NCBI RefSeq assembly: GCF_000150275.1
Contig: NW_002060945.1
Span: 4,823,397-4,887,396, forward strand
Length of the DNA stretch: 64,000 nt
Direction: 5' to 3'
Origin: Trichoplax adhaerens
Taxonomy: Eukaryota; Animalia; Placozoa
Shown: positions 19,891 through 34,935 of the stretch, in pieces
Layout: each line of letters starts with the position of its first letter
Position numbering within the stretch: position 1 is the stretch's first letter
The notes under the pieces: generated by a model
Told to the model about the DNA's origin: nothing
The model's input: only the letters and a program-made list of their open reading frames with translations
Databases searched by the model: none
Program-made: the position numbers and the translations under genes

Positions 19891-22571
19891 ATGGCAGAAG
19901 CACAAGACGCCTTTAATACTCCCCAAAAAGAGATGCCACACAACAATGCAACTCCAGTGGATGAAGCGGCTCAGATTCGAAACAGAAATCTAATTTCTGG
20001 TAATGCTGTTAGCAATCAACCAGAAACAATGGATGAACAAGATAATTCGAAAGAACCTTTAGGTAGTCTAGTTTGCAAAAAAATGATGTTCAAGTAATAA
20101 TAAAATTCTCGATGATAATTTATGTTGTGACATCGATACTCTTACACCATACGTACACTGCACTGTATACATTATATACTGCATTTCAACAAACTTTATT
20201 AGTAATACGCAATATCGTAGTAAAAAATCGCTGGTAATATACTGATGATCAGCCCCTCTTTCCTAAAAAATAGATGCTATTTTCGTGTACACTACGTTGA
20301 ATTTTACTTACACTTTCAATTTAAAGTGATCAACTAGGAAAATAACCCATTAGCTAATGATCAATAATACTGTGAGAAGTAGGCACTGCATTTGCTACAG
20401 TAATTACTACAGTATAATGTCGTTATTAGTCACAGCTTGACGATAATGTAATTCAACTAATTTGACCTACTGTAGTGCCAGACTTACGCATGCAGTATTT
20501 GCCGGTTAAAGACTAAGATTCAATACGATGTATTCATAAATGACTTCTCTAGCAACTTGGTTCACTTATACTTTACTCATGAACAACCAGTAAAGCACTA
20601 TGGCTGTACATTGACATACAGATACGATGATCTCAGCTCCAACTTGGGTTGAATTACACTATGGCCAGCTTAATGTATGACATATGCACAGCACAGTTTG
20701 GTAGAAATCCTCAGAAATTTCGTACGCTCTATGATACTGTACTCTACATACAGCATGCATTATACAGCATAGATCCACACATAAATTCAATCGAAACATC
20801 TCATTAACCAACTACCTAATACCAGTGACCTGAAATAGTGTACTTAAACAAATCGACCCGTAAAATGTTTAGAAATACACCTTTCAAAAATTTCTACTTG
20901 CAAAATACAGTATATCCTGCAATAATTATATAATTAGCTGTCTTAGATTTCAATAACGGTGTACAGGCGTGTCACTATAATAAGATAAAAAAAGTAGGCG
21001 AGCCATTTGACGCGTACCTAGATCAACGAGTTATCCTTTAATTTCCTTTAATTTAAAAAATTGTTATACTTTTCAAAATTTAGCCGATTCGCAGGTAGCT
21101 ACCAACGAAAATAATAAAGGTGTATGGAATTGGATTTCTACTGCTGTTGAAAGTAGTATAGGACTCAATGCAAGTAGTCTTGTCAAAACTGCCAAAGAAA
21201 ATTTATCTAATGTTAAAGGCAGTGCAGTTGAAGGTGCTCAAGCGATCGGGCGCAATGTTGTTGAAACTACAAAGGTGAGAAAGCTATTGCTTATTATCTG
21301 ATGAGCATGCTAGAGGTACCATGTGTGATAAGTCAATAGTGATGTAAGAAAAAAGATTGTTATAGCTGTTGAAGTTCTTGATTTGCAGCGGTATACTCTA
21401 ACAATTTATGAATTAATTATGTATGGATTCTAGAAATCAGTAGATATGATGATGTCGACATTAGATCCTGGACTTTCTGCTAATCAAAGTATGTGTGTTA
21501 TTGCATTGCTATAAGCAATTAGTAAAATAGATAAGGCAGTATTACAGTGATACTAATTCTTATACTACTATATTATATTGAGCCTTGAAGCAAATTTACG
21601 TAGTACTGCGTTATTAAAAACACCCTATCAATATGCTCTACTAAAAATCTAGATGTTGACAATCTACCCGTCGAGGTTATTGTGTCCGCAAGGAAAGGCT
21701 ATGTCGTGCAGGCAGTGCACGACTCGTTTAAGGAAGTCTTTTATTATGCCACTGTAAGTTATCAACCTTTAGAAACCGTTTTAAATATGGCACCACAACC
21801 GGTTGGCTTTTCCGCAGGTCTTAAAGCTGCAAAACAAATGATTGCTCGTACTAAAGATGTTAACAATAATCGTCCTGACATAGTGTATGTTGGTGTCTCA
21901 ATCTTTATTGCTGAAGTGGTACCCGGAAGGTGAAATATAAATTTATTTTTAAATCGCAGTTATTTATATACCTACAGTACAGTAAATACATCCGAATCTT
22001 TTTATTATTACGAAATGAAGCCACGCATACCTTTAATTAATAATGGTCATTAACTGGCCAATAACGATAATATTGCTGTATACAGTACAAACTGAAAAGA
22101 TTATAACTTAATGTCTGATACTTTGAATAATTATGTTAATTAGGAGTATTTTCTTTTTTTAACAGTTGGTTCGAGATAACATGTGTAGCCCTTGAAGATA
22201 TCGCGCATGATATTTGTTTAGAGACTTTCTCTCAGGCTTCCAGAATTCCTACTGAATATGTTTTGAAAGCACAAGAGCAAACACCTGATGATTACCCTTT
22301 GAGATGGTCAGGATTAGCTGTAACTTGTGGGCATCTGATTAGGGCTGATCGTGATATTGACGGAGATTGGCACGAAGAAATTTTTGGATTAAGTCTGCAC
22401 GAAATTGTTGCTATAGCAACATCCGTTTTAGCTGGAGAGTACAGAAAAGCACTAGAAAATTTAATAGCTTCAGCCAGAGAAACTGCTGAAGCAATAATCG
22501 AAACTCAAATAAACTTAAAGGGTTCAGATTCAGTTATTGAATCGCTCATCGAAACTGAAGGGAACATATAA
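19891..22571 (+). CDS. PRRC1: PRRC1-like protein (C-terminal non-canonical NTPase/YjjX-like domain); about 5 exons
   Basis: GVWNWI, VVETTK-KSVDMMMSTLDPG, QAVHDSFKEVF, MAPQPVGFSAGLKAA, FIAEVVPGSWFE, TFSQA, TPDDYPLRWSGLAVT, DWHE. Confidence 0.88.
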
Positions 22572-23830
22572 TAAGCATTATTTAATTTGTCACGGTTTCA
22601 AATATAAAAAATTTTACTCAGGGCTTCCATCAAAGATATAGACTACAGCATTGTTTATGTCAATGATAAGCTATTTATATAAAATTGACATTTGTTATTT
22701 AATATCGTATTGTTCATCTGTCTCGAACTAATATTTGAATTATTTTAGATGCTTTGCTTAATTTCCTCACTAGTAACAGTATTTAAAATGTTGAACTTTG
22801 ACTTACTTTTTTCCTAACAACAAAATATGGCTTAAGCGCAATAATTTTACTTTATATTGCCGAATGTATAGCAGATATTTACTAAGATATAAACTTAAGA
22901 AGGTAGCCAATGCGGCAATACTAAATTTATGAATTGCATAAGTTTATTAGAACGGACAATAATCCTATAGGTTCCACAAATATTCCCACAAACAGCCATC
23001 ATTGACGTGATGAATCACTAGCAATTTATTGTTAATTATTGAAATTATAAAATGTTATTAAATATGTGTATCGTCGGTATTTTACTAAGGAATTAAAACA
23101 TAGTAGGTTAGTTGTCATACTGCTGTCTATAGAAGAACTAGTCAGTTAGCATACAAGATCCTTATAAGAGAAAAGGTTAAATAGCAGATCTGATAAATGT
23201 ATTTATAGCTTTGTACGGCTACTATTCTGTATCAACGATTTCTGCATCAACACATCAATACATTGTGGATTGCAGTCTCTGATTAATTATAATTATTAAA
23301 ATTATCATAACTTCGTAACTTTAACCATAAATTGTAATTATACAGTGCCAATCATTTGGCTTAACAAATTTCATTGTATTATTATAAATAGCAATAATAC
23401 ACTTAAAATTACAAATGTAAAACATGCAGGTTCATAAATGATACCGTACTGTCTATGCAAATAGAATATATTAACTTTAGTAATAACTTTGAATACGAAT
23501 GCGTATCCTACATAAATTTAAAATTCTACTGTTAAGTCAACAGAACATTATCCAATAAAATTTGGCAACGAAATTTCATTAAGGTCGAAGAAGCGGCTAT
23601 TAATACAAATAATTACAATTATATGTTGATTCGCAGTTATACGTGTGTTGTAAAGTCGTATCAGATACAAAAAGTATTTTAAACAAAAATCAGATTACTA
23701 AAACCTTCGTTACCATTGGGTTACTATTCATTACAATCTGGTTGGTATTATTCAAAACATCTAGTGGATAATCACTAGCAATTAAAATGTTACTTCGTAA
23801 AGAGCAAGAATGTAGATTTTTTCTACAAAC

Positions 23831-26800
23831 TTATATACTTCTATCAACGCTATAAGCTTCTGCAAGATTAGCTAGATTATCTAAAGCTTCTGAGTACGTG
23901 TCTTCTTCCATACCAGTTTCTTTAAACTGATGATAACGACGAAAAGCGACTTTTTCGGCTTGATTGAGTAGAGATTTTAGGTAATGTTGACTAGCACAAG
24001 TCGATTCCAAACTTGCTATAGCCGCCATATTGCAAGCATCTATGAAAATTATATAAAGATAAATTTTTAGATATAGATAGGATCTAGGATATCACTTCTG
24101 ATCACCTTCCATCCATCTAATTTATTAATTCGAAAAAGTATGCCTACGTCATAATTATACTAGCAATATGACAGTGCAGGATTACCTAAGTTTTGTAGCT
24201 CTTTTTCGTTACTAATCAGAATAAAAAGAATAAAATGATAGTAAGCAATAATAATAGTTAAGTGGTCAAAGTAGGAAGGCTGCATTAGCTATCATTGCGG
24301 TACTTACTACCAAATTAAGAATTAAGATACAGTAATTGAATGTAACATTCTCATAAATATTGGAAAGTTAGGCAAAACCTATGCTATCATACCTAGCCTT
24401 TTTATAGAATTCTTTTGTGCTATTCTTTGAAAATATTGACGGAAAAGGTGCACTGACGTTGCACGCATCATTAACAATCGAGCACAAGCTGCACATAAGC
24501 AAATAATATTTAACTTCTTATAGATGTATTACCATAGATATAAGTATATTTATACGTTTTCCCAATATAACAGTAAAATTTCATTAGTTCGTTGTTACAT
24601 ACCTCAACGAATTAGGATATGATTTAAATAACAATTTCTGTAACATCGTTTTTGGAGTATTATTATGTTGCAAACTTTCGGACATCTCTCGAGATGGTAC
24701 ACTCCTATTCCCTCTAATATTTAGCAGTGAAATATACTTTATGATAACTGTAGTTGCTTGTATAAAGAAACTATATCACATCACTTACTCAAAAGGAGAA
24801 GTAGTAATGCCACGTAAGGTAACATAACGAGAAAAGGATACATTCTAAAGAATGGTTTATATTAATTAGTTAAAATTCTATTAGCGGTAGTCACGGTAAG
24901 CGATGTATTTAAATTGCAATGTAAATGCTTACTCTTTCTTTATGTTCAGGAGATATGCACGATAAAATAGAATCCAAATCTCCATTAAGACTTTCAAAAA
25001 AAGTACCCGAGCTAGCACCATTGTCAATCGGCAGTGGAAAGCCGGTAGATAACGATAATATCTGTATATACGCGTTTATAGTTAAAACATGGAAGGTAAT
25101 AATTGAGCACTTGGAAAGATTACCACATAAGCTGGTTAAAATCAAATTTAAAATACTAATCGCACATACTTTATTAAAATTTTTCAATTTTAATACGTAT
25201 ATTATCATTCAAACCTTGCGCTCAGCTTCCGTTAGAGCATCGTAAAGATGATCGGCAGTAAAATTGCTAGACAGAGAACTACAAATCTTCTTTTTTAGTA
25301 TAATTATAATCGAAGAAATCATGCATATATCTTTTACTTATTCAATAATTTGATCATTTTCTAACCGATAGGGTAGTGTAGCGGTATCCAAAGAGGCAGC
25401 AATGATACTACTAGTGTGATACATCGAAAATGGCTATAAATTTAAATCAGGTAAGATGCATTAGAGTTGTAATAATTACATATCACAAATGAATGTTACT
25501 GTTATTATATACATACATACAACGATTATACAATTTTTATATCATTAACTTACATCATATTTTATGCTATTAAATTTTACTGGTTCAATACAACCGACTG
25601 CTGCTGATGTATTTAGTGACAATGGTAGGGTTGCATTACAATATTCGTGGTAGTTGCACAGTGACAACACAGTGTTTATAATAGTAAGATCAGTTGATGC
25701 GTCCTAAGTATTAAATTGATAATTATCAACCATAATTTACCAAATACACGATATAGTCATAAGCAGGATTTACCATTGCATGGTTTACTACAGGGAATGG
25801 GTTAATATTTATTATTGCTTTCGACCGGAATTCGCTTCGAAGGTCTTCTATAATTTTGTATCCTAGTCCACCAAATCCATCATAAATATCTGTAAGTATA
25901 TGAAATCCCTAATAAAGAACAAAATAGAAAGAAGACAATAGTTACTAATTGCAAATCTGATGTAGTATAGTAGTATATCATTTTTGCAATAAACTAAAGT
26001 AAAGTCTAATTACTTGGAGATGATCGCACTCCTCAGTAAAAAAATGTAGCTTATCTTCATATTCTTCAGCCATCTGCATAATGAATGATAATTTCTATCA
26101 GATATTTTTACCCTATAATTGATGAAATGAATAACATCCAAACGACCATCGCAAGATGACTTCCTATACCTTATCATAAACATTCAAACCGTAAGTGAAG
26201 GTATCGAACGGAGCAAATGTAGCATTATGCATGAATTGTGGCACAATACATAATGACTTGGGGTGCCAGTGTATACGAAGAAAGTCAGACCAAACTGATA
26301 TTTCGCTATCTAAGTTATTGTATATTCTGTCTCGATTAACTCGAGAAGTATTGCTGTGACTACTACTACCCTTCGAATTCTCTGCTTGACCCAGTGTATC
26401 CTTGTCCTTTGCAGAGTTCAAAGCTTCCTACATATAAGAACATACAATATTAACCTTCGTATGCCATTCCCAAAATTAAAACTTCTACAGTATATTCTAT
26501 AACAGCTATCACAAACTCATTACAAATTGCTTATTTTATTCTGCATAACAGCTACTGTGTCAAGTTTATTAGTAAAATTTATTATATGTTTTAACTAGTA
26601 GTAAGAATCAAATGTTTTGAATAGCGAAAATAATAAAGGTACCCTCTGCCTACTATCCATCACATAAAGATCGCAATGTTTAATAAAAATCAATAACGTT
26701 TAAGTTGCAGGAGATTTTAGTTGAACTTACTTTGATTTATTTGAAGTAAACTATCAAGTGCTGTTTAATACTGTACAGCGTTATAAATTGTTTAAGTCTT

Positions 26801-28228
26801 GTATGAATTACACCTATTGATTCACTCTGCTTACGTTATCTTCATATTCTAAATCTTGCAAAAATTGATTTTTTAAGGCAGGTTCTGTGTAATGTTGCTC
26901 TGTTGAACCGGACCTAAGTAGTGTAATGTACGGATAAGCAATTCATTTCGAGTACATTATTATTAGCATCATATTACTTTTCGTGGAATCCTCAAATATT
27001 ATTAGTGCAGTTATAAAAATTACTAAAATGGCATAATAAGTTTCGCAATACCACAACGTAATGGCTAATTTCTCAATCGAAATCGACAATTAGTTTTTAC
27101 TCAAATATGAATCATACCATGAAGGTAATTGATTCTGTGAGTCAGATTCCTTTGTATTATAAAGATTGCCTTCTTCTTTTAAGCTATTCAAGCTACCTAT
27201 ATGCGCAGATAATAGCATAACCGTATAATCAACGTTATTAGGAATAGATGTTCCATTCATATTAGTCTATTATAATTAGTAATTTTGTATTTATTTATTT
27301 GCAAAAGAATCAGTATCATTTTACTTTATTTCTAATAATGCCTTTATACTCAAAGATTAAGTACAAATACAATAGACGTTCTACAGCATTTTCTATTTTA
27401 TCTTATGATAAATTATAACTATTTGAAAAGAATGTTTTCACTGGTATGAAATAAAACACCCGCGTACAGTATACCGAAGGGTGTAAACCTAGTGTAAGTC
27501 ATGAAATGACACTGGCAATAATGTACGTAGTGCATGATAACTATGAACGAGAACACATTTTAGAAATATGTAGTAGGTTGTAGACAATATAGCTCAATTT
27601 CTGTAAGGTAATTATGTAAGACTAATCTTATACATCTTCAATGCAATCAATTTCAGAAAGGGAGGGAACAGTACAGTATATCGTCATTATGCATAGCTAA
27701 CGGATATCGGATGTGGTGCCGTTTATAGTATATAAGAATTAATATAAATTTATAGATATCTATTTTTACCTTTCAAGTCAAAAGCTATTAATCTTGGTGT
27801 ATAAGTTACTTGACCCTACAAAGATGATAACAACATGTTGAGATTTGCACGATTCATTCCCTCATGCTGCAGAGTAATTGAAATGTGCAGCTAGCTATCT
27901 TACATTTCTTGTCATGCCTTCTCTAAACAGAACATCATGATCAATGTCCGACGTTGTAACTTTAGATGGATCATAAATAAATGATCCTTCCTAGTATATA
28001 ACATTGAAAAATTCATTTTAGTAATCTAAAAATGTAAAGTACTGTATATTTTCTACGTTTAACTAAACAATTCTTTGCATCTTCTAGAATGTTTACAATC
28101 AAATCAATGAATAACATTGCATCGGCAAGAATGATAGGATTCTTTACGACCTGCAAATTCCACCAGTGTGCACCAACAAAATTGGAATAATGACCAATCT
28201 GTATTGATAAAATTTCTCCACGATTCAT
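23831..28228 (-). CDS. MSTO1: Protein misato homolog 1; multi-exon
   Basis: EILSIQIGHYSNFVGAHWWNLQ, IDHDVLFREG, TYTPRL..FDLKGSL, VWSDFLRIHWHPKS, LHFFTEECDHLQGF, YHTSSIIAASLDTATLPYR, KVAFRRYHQF. Confidence 0.94.
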
Positions 28229-28314
28229 TAGGCAACTTTTTGAAGCAAAGTAAGTTAGTGATAATTAAGGAAGAAAAGGCCTTTCCCAGCAGATTCCCAG
28301 CTACTTACCAACAC

Positions 28315-28530
28315 TCACACAGTACAAATCAGCTGGAATCGCATATGATATACTGTACTGTATGGGTATGAGTTGGCCAAACCAGCCCAGTCGTTATGTG
28401 ACGATAGGAAGCCCAATGAAGGACTGTACACTGTACAGTAAGTACTGTACGCTACTAGAAACATACCGTACTGTGCACAGTACATTATGCTAAATACTCG
28501 TACTGTACTGTACAGTACAGTACATACCTG
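28315..28530. promoter_or_regulatory. Divergent promoter MSTO1 - POLR3G with TACAG/CTGTA cluster
   Basis: ATGs only about 400 bp apart (28228 - and 28624 +). Contains GTACTGTACTGTACAGTACAGTAC near 28500-28523. Confidence 0.6.
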
Positions 28531-28623
28531 GTTGCAGTAACGTGTGGAACAGTAAATAATTCTGCTCTGGCAGTCTAGCCCTAATCGTTTCAAAGATAGA
28601 GAGGTAGGCAGGGCAGTAAAATA

Positions 28624-31002
28624 ATGTCGAAGCGAAACGGCCCGAGGATCCTAAGCAATCTTTCGAAGGAAGCCATACCAGTATCTAGTAAAGGCAACAG
28701 AAAAGACGATGTTTTAGTACAGCCTCCACCTTTATACCCGGTAAGAAATGGATTGTACAGTGTGATAACGCACTCTGTTCGCAGTGTTCAGCACAGTACT
28801 CTTACAGTCTATTCAAATGCTTTTACTACTGCATGAAAATAACTACTCACTTAACAAAAGTATTTAACTAATGCAAAGATCCTAAAGTACCGGTTGCAGC
28901 CGCTTATAGAATCCTAGAATTAAATTAATCCAGGTCGTAATTAGTTGGAGCCAGCGTTGATAGTGATTATAGTTACATAGACAACGTAAGTGACTAAATT
29001 TCATAAAAGTAAGCTTGTATTACTAGTATATCATATTCCTGAGGTGATTCAACAAATTGGAGCAACACGCATGTTAAGTGTACAAGTATACTGTACACTG
29101 TAGACTAGTGTAGAGTATAGCAAAAAATTGTTCTTTAACATATACTCTACACGTGTCTTTAGGCAAAAATCATGATTAATTGCAGTATAAGGCAATTCTA
29201 GAACTTACGAATAACACATGTTATGAGAAAATTATATTGAGCACGCTTTATCAAGTCTAAGTGTATATTAAATTTATTTTAAATTCCATTTTTAATAATG
29301 ATAATGCAGTAAAATATATCGTGTCATTCCAATTCAGAATCGAAGCTGGATCTTGCCTGTAATTAGCAATAGAGGACTATCTTAGATTTCAAATTGTTGT
29401 ATACTGTAATTCATCGAAGTAATGTCCTAATTGTTCAACTGTTACTCTTGTTTTAGAAACTTGAATGTCTTCCTGTTCCCTGCAATAAGACCAAGATCGA
29501 TATTTATATCAATGCATTAAAGAACGAGTTTAGAGAAACGTTAAGAGAGTCACCTTACTATATAAGGGCCCGAAATCGTGCAAATGGTTAGAACAGTGAT
29601 TTATTCTGCATATTCTTGAATACTGCATTTTTATTCGTATTGCAATTTTAAGTAATCAATTTTATGATGCTATAGCTTCAATCAGATATACAGTGCTTAG
29701 TTTACCAAATGCAACCATCACTCCATTATTCTAAACACACTGATGATAATTATAATTATATAGGCGTATATAATGATTACAAATATTAATAAATGTCAAA
29801 TTGCTTTTTAATCAAATAGATATTAGAAGGTACTCCGACAGGTATAGACAAAATTGCGAAAACATCTCTGCTATTCCTTTTAAACTATGTAAGTACTAAA
29901 ACATTCATCTTGCAAAACCGTATAGATAGCTATAGTTAGAATAGACAGTATTGCTATGAATGATCTAACGTTATATAAGACTTTACGAAATTACTTGAAA
30001 AATTTAAAGCAAAATTTTTTACCTAAAATGTTGTAAGGACAGAAAGAGTCGTATAGCCTGTTTAGTATAATTACCTTCAGACATTGCGTCTGAAATTGAG
30101 AGTTGCCGTTAAGATATGTAAAAATTGTATTTTTATTACTGTATATACTGTAATCTTTATGAGCAATCAATTATTATCAGCAGAAGTATTATGGATACGT
30201 TATATTCTATTTCAAATATACCACGTAAATGCTATGATGACAATAAGATCTTAACATTCTAGTACTATGAAACACATTAGTACTCATATAAGTCAGTATT
30301 GCAATAATTTGGCATATCTTTAACTAGGTTGGAAAGATGTACCGAAAGAGCTAAGAATCAGCCGCAGAATCAAGAAGGTCTTTGCAGGTAACACCTTTAA
30401 ATTGTTCCGTGTTTATATCACTCAGTATTTAAAAGGCTTTATTTCATATCTGTCTAGCTCCAATTTCTGTACGCCATCCTTCCATGAAATCTAGACTTAG
30501 TAGAAATGAGATAGATCATTTAGAGGTTAACCCATTACATATAGGACAATTGAATGCGTTGTATTATTCTATTCATATTTTATAATATTAAGTAATCTAT
30601 AACATAATGTACCTCAACTTTGAATAGAAATTAACCAAAATTGAGGAAATGTTGGAGAAAGAGGAAGAAGAGGACCATGAGAAACAACAAGAGTTAGAAG
30701 ATGAATGGGAGGAAGAAGACCAAGACGAAGTAATTGCTATTGATGTAACCTTATTTTAACTAACTTAAAAAGAGCTTGCAGTAAAATTTTCGATCTGCAA
30801 CCTTCTATTCGAATCGATATGTAATTAAATGTTTCCTTAAATGTATTGCATTTGCTAGCTTAGTACTTTAAGATTACTTCTCAACAATTAATTTATTCCT
30901 ATTGCGTTGTAGGAAACCGATTATAATTTAACATACTTTGATAACGGTGAGGACTACGGTTTCCAGGAAGATGATGATCTGGATAATGAAGCTACTTACT
31001 AA
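28624..31002 (+). CDS. POLR3G: RNA polymerase III subunit RPC7 (POLR3G/POLR3GL); multi-exon
   Basis: LVQPPPLYP, ETLRESPYYI, DIRRYSDRY, WKDVPKEL, acidic tail, and the diagnostic end ETDYNLTYFDNGEDYGFQEDDDLDNEATY*. Confidence 0.92.
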
Positions 31003-33138
31003 AATATGCAACTAGTTACTGTATAAATTGTAAAATAACAACTTAACTATGATTCATAAAACATTTAATTGCCATGATATTCTTATTAATATATGCATAT
31101 CTAAACAATTATAAATGCTATACAATATTTCATATGCGTTTTAGCACATACAGGCAATGTATTATATAATCAACCCCTGCTGATTTTCTTGAATCAGAAA
31201 ATTCTGTATGTAATCAGTTGGACGAAAGCACATCCATACAGTAATCGTATTTTTATTTCTGGAATTGGATATAATAAAATACACTAGCATAATTTTTCCG
31301 AAATTTCGAAATTGCAGCACCTATAATGTTGATAACATTGCGTTCCTACGATCAGGTTATACGTATATTCTGTATACGTTTCAACATTATACCATCACAA
31401 TACCTTGTCCTATGTAATATTACACGATTACTAATATTCATCTGTGTGGGAAAGGTTTTCAATCCTACTTGTATGCTTATAAACTAGGAGTAGGTATGTT
31501 GTACGAGATAATACACTTAGACTTTCCGTGCATGTGATTGTTATGTCTCAGGCTAGTAGAACCTTTACGAATAGTGACGCGCACAAGCTTAGGTGATTAA
31601 GAACTCCTTTATTGTACCTGGTCCGCATACCAAAGATACACTAATACAAGCTACAAATGTCGTACTATACATAACAGTGATCCTAATTAATGCTAAGTTT
31701 TTTGTCGGTTCTGATCAGCTTTATTTGCATTCAGTAGATATTTTTATTTCGATAGCAAGATTATGGCCTTTTATGTATAGTAATACTGTAATAGCCTGAT
31801 TAACGAATAAAATATGACTTCATTTCTTTAAGCTGTGAAATATAGTGATTTCAATACAATATTGCACGATTTAGGCTCGATATCATAACTTCATTATGAT
31901 ATAGCAGTACGTACGAGGTACGTACACTAACTGGTATACGACAAACATGCGCAACTATGTTCATAGGCTTTGAGCCTTTTATATTCAATCTTTTATAGTG
32001 TTCATAGTGTAAGATACAGTAGATAGCAAAGTTTTTGCTAATGCTAATATACAGTACCATAAAATTATCGTATACAAGTCTTTTTCGCTTTTTTGTATCG
32101 CATACACGGTCACATTAATATAAAATTGTATTTTAAGATAAACTGCTTTATCCTCATGTTACGCACTTGTATATACGACTGACTAATAGAAGGACTAAAA
32201 TGGAAATTACTGGTCTGTAATTTCACACTTGATTATCCTTGTTTAAGCATGCAAAATGCACGAATGTACTACATACTATATGGACGTACTCAGTAGAAAA
32301 TTGCTATGATTTGAATATCGAGCATAACCAGTAACACGTTAAATGTTGTACTATTGACTTTATAATCAAGTAAAGAAGAATTATTTTGAAGATGGAACCA
32401 CGGGATATCTTCACTAGCAAGCTACAAATTCTACATTGCTCATAATAATTATACTGTATTATCAATGCTCTTGAGTCTTGATATTTATTTTGTTGGTCTT
32501 TAAACTGACATTACTACTTTACAGTTCAGTATAGCTTATACCATATAAACTATTATACTTTCGTCGTTTACATAAAAATTACCATTGTGTGCAAGGTAGA
32601 GACCCTGAGAAAGATACGTGCTAAGTCAATGACAACCTTTTGTTAAAATTAATGCAAAATATCGTAATCTGTACCATTCAATTTCTAAGTTGTAGTAATA
32701 ATGTTTACTTGTTGCCACAGTCTCACGTAATATCATGTTTAAACAATTAATTTCATACTTCAAATTCAATATCTACTGTACATTTTGACCGACAATGATT
32801 ATATCATTAAATAGTCTTAAATCATTACATCATCTAATTGTCAACAAACAATTAATGAATTGATCAGTACTTTCTTACGAATGCACATTGGTATATTGTA
32901 TGTAATTGCGTATGACATATGCTATTATCTATGTAACATATGCGCACGAATAGTAGAATCTATAGACATATGCTACATTCCGTCATAGAGATGTGCATAA
33001 TTTATTCAAATAATTTAAATGAATGAAATTTATCGAGTGAGGAATGCTTGTAGTTCTATCTGTAAAATCCAAAAAGGTCAAGGATTAGATTATGCAAATC
33101 ATGAAGTTGCGCATAATTTAGTCGTTTATTGTTATGTT

Positions 33139-34528
33139 TTATTCATTCCTGATTTGATCATCTTGGTGCTGCCGTTCATATACTATTACCGCATCCTGTA
33201 TATTGTAAAGATAAGGATATAGAAAATCAGTTATCTAGAAATAATAAGCCAATCAATAAAGGACCCTCAAGATAAGCGAGATCTTCATAAACTGTCAAGT
33301 ATATAATATCCACTTATAAATAAGCAATGTACTGTAATAATTTAATGCTGAATTATAGTCTACGATATTCTCTTTATATACATGCAAATACGCTTTGTAC
33401 AGTTTATAAATCATATCAGAATATGATATATTATAATATTAAAGCACACAAATAGAAAATTTACTTACATGTGCGCGATCCAAAGTGCACTGCATGCGCA
33501 TATATATATTTACAAAAGTAAATAAGCAATTAATCTTTTGAATATATCCATACACCTAGTATATAGCATATAGTATCCATTTAAATTATATTATACAGTA
33601 AACGGATCGATGAAAACTTGCGGGTTATGCTAGTCAAACCTTCCGCAACATTGTATATACTCCAAATGTTGATGTGATTAGGACATATAAAAGTCTGTGA
33701 TATCTGTGTGCTATTGCTGTAGTAGAAACTACTCAACTAAAATCTACAGCATTTTAGATGAATATTGTAATTCCTAAGGTTTAATATCAATTTTATTTAA
33801 TTAATAATCTTCGATCGTATATGGCATTTTGTACAGATATAATAATTAGAAAAATACAAGTTGCTCCGCAAGGTCTCGTACATTATACATATAAATAGAG
33901 CCTTTAAATTTTACAAAATTCATTAATCTTAGAAATTTTTCATATAAGTACGTGTATACATATATATAACATAATAAAGTACAATATATCAATCATTTTT
34001 ATGTTTTATGTAAGCACGCGTACAGTGTATATTTATGATAATTATTTACTGTGTCCCTATACCTATATGCATATACTGTATAATATACAGTACACGATAT
34101 ATATAGTGAACAGATATCTACGCTATTTGTAACAATACTCACTATAGGCGAATTTTTAGTTATTCTATGTTGTTTAATAACTTGTTAGAACGATAGTATA
34201 ATCGACGCAATACGGGTACATTTTAATGTAGCTCTGTTATTATTCAATAATGCTAACGCCCTGATATAGGTCCTTAGCTGTAAATTGATGAATGAATGTT
34301 TACAATTGACTTGATCTGTTCAATTTATGACTTAATACGATAGGCAATTTAATTTCGATCATTGATACTGCTTTTACGCACACCGTTAGCAGTACAGTAG
34401 TATAGACCGGTTATTACGACGTGACTTGTAAAATGGTTGGAGCGACCGAACAGTGACTGATCGTTTTGTATTAGAAACTTTAAAGAAATATAATTATTCA
34501 ATACTGTGATAAAAAGCAATAAATACAT
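33139..34528 (-). CDS. Small spliced gene, NADH dehydrogenase subunit NDUFC2 (B14.5b)-like; start codon uncertain
   Basis: GT-AG exons ~34528-34369, 33716-33640, 33489-33469 and 33195-33139 join in phase: ...TGLYYCTANGVRKSTIAHRYHRLLYVLITSTFGVYTMLRKCTLDRAHDAVIVYERQHQDDQIRNE*. Resembles the NDUFC2 pattern N..R..PIA...HRxLLY...G.Y...RDAV..Y...H.[ED]D (recalled, not searched). Confidence 0.6.
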
Positions 34529-34664
34529 GAAGTGCCAATTGCTCAAGGTTGTACTAATCTGTTTTCATGGAATTTGAGCCCAATTTAAAGTATATTTCTT
34601 CACAATTTAAAGATATAATTTAAGGCAACACTATAGCTGAACATCTTTCAAATATTTTCGAGGG

Positions 34665-34935
34665 CTTGCCACGCCCCTATAATCGTGGTCTTATACAGTA
34701 CATACAGTACAGTACAGTACTGTACTGTACAGTCACTACTGTATTTTAGAGTACTATACACTGTACAATATAGTGTCCAGTAGCCACAGTAGTCATCTGA
34801 CAGCTCTGTCCGTCTGTATACTTATCTAACAGCACTCAGGCAAAAGCTATTACACTGTCGTGCTATCGTTTGAACAAACAGGGGCAGGTGAAAGCGAACG
34901 AATGTACATACAATTTATTGTACAGTACAGTAACC
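34665..34935. promoter_or_regulatory. Promoter block between NDUFC2-like (-) and LYSMD (+): GC box and TACAG/CTGTA array
   Basis: GCCACGCCC at 34668-34676. TACAGTACAGTACAGTACTGTACTGTACAG near 34703-34732. Confidence 0.55.

Noticed and set aside
31200-32630. Chain of short AG...GT-bounded segments on the minus strand (near 31320, 31410, 31610, 31950, 32200, 32400, 32600)
   Set aside because: I could not join them into one consistent frame with a start codon or a recognisable product. They may be chance sites in AT-rich DNA, and RNA-seq is needed.
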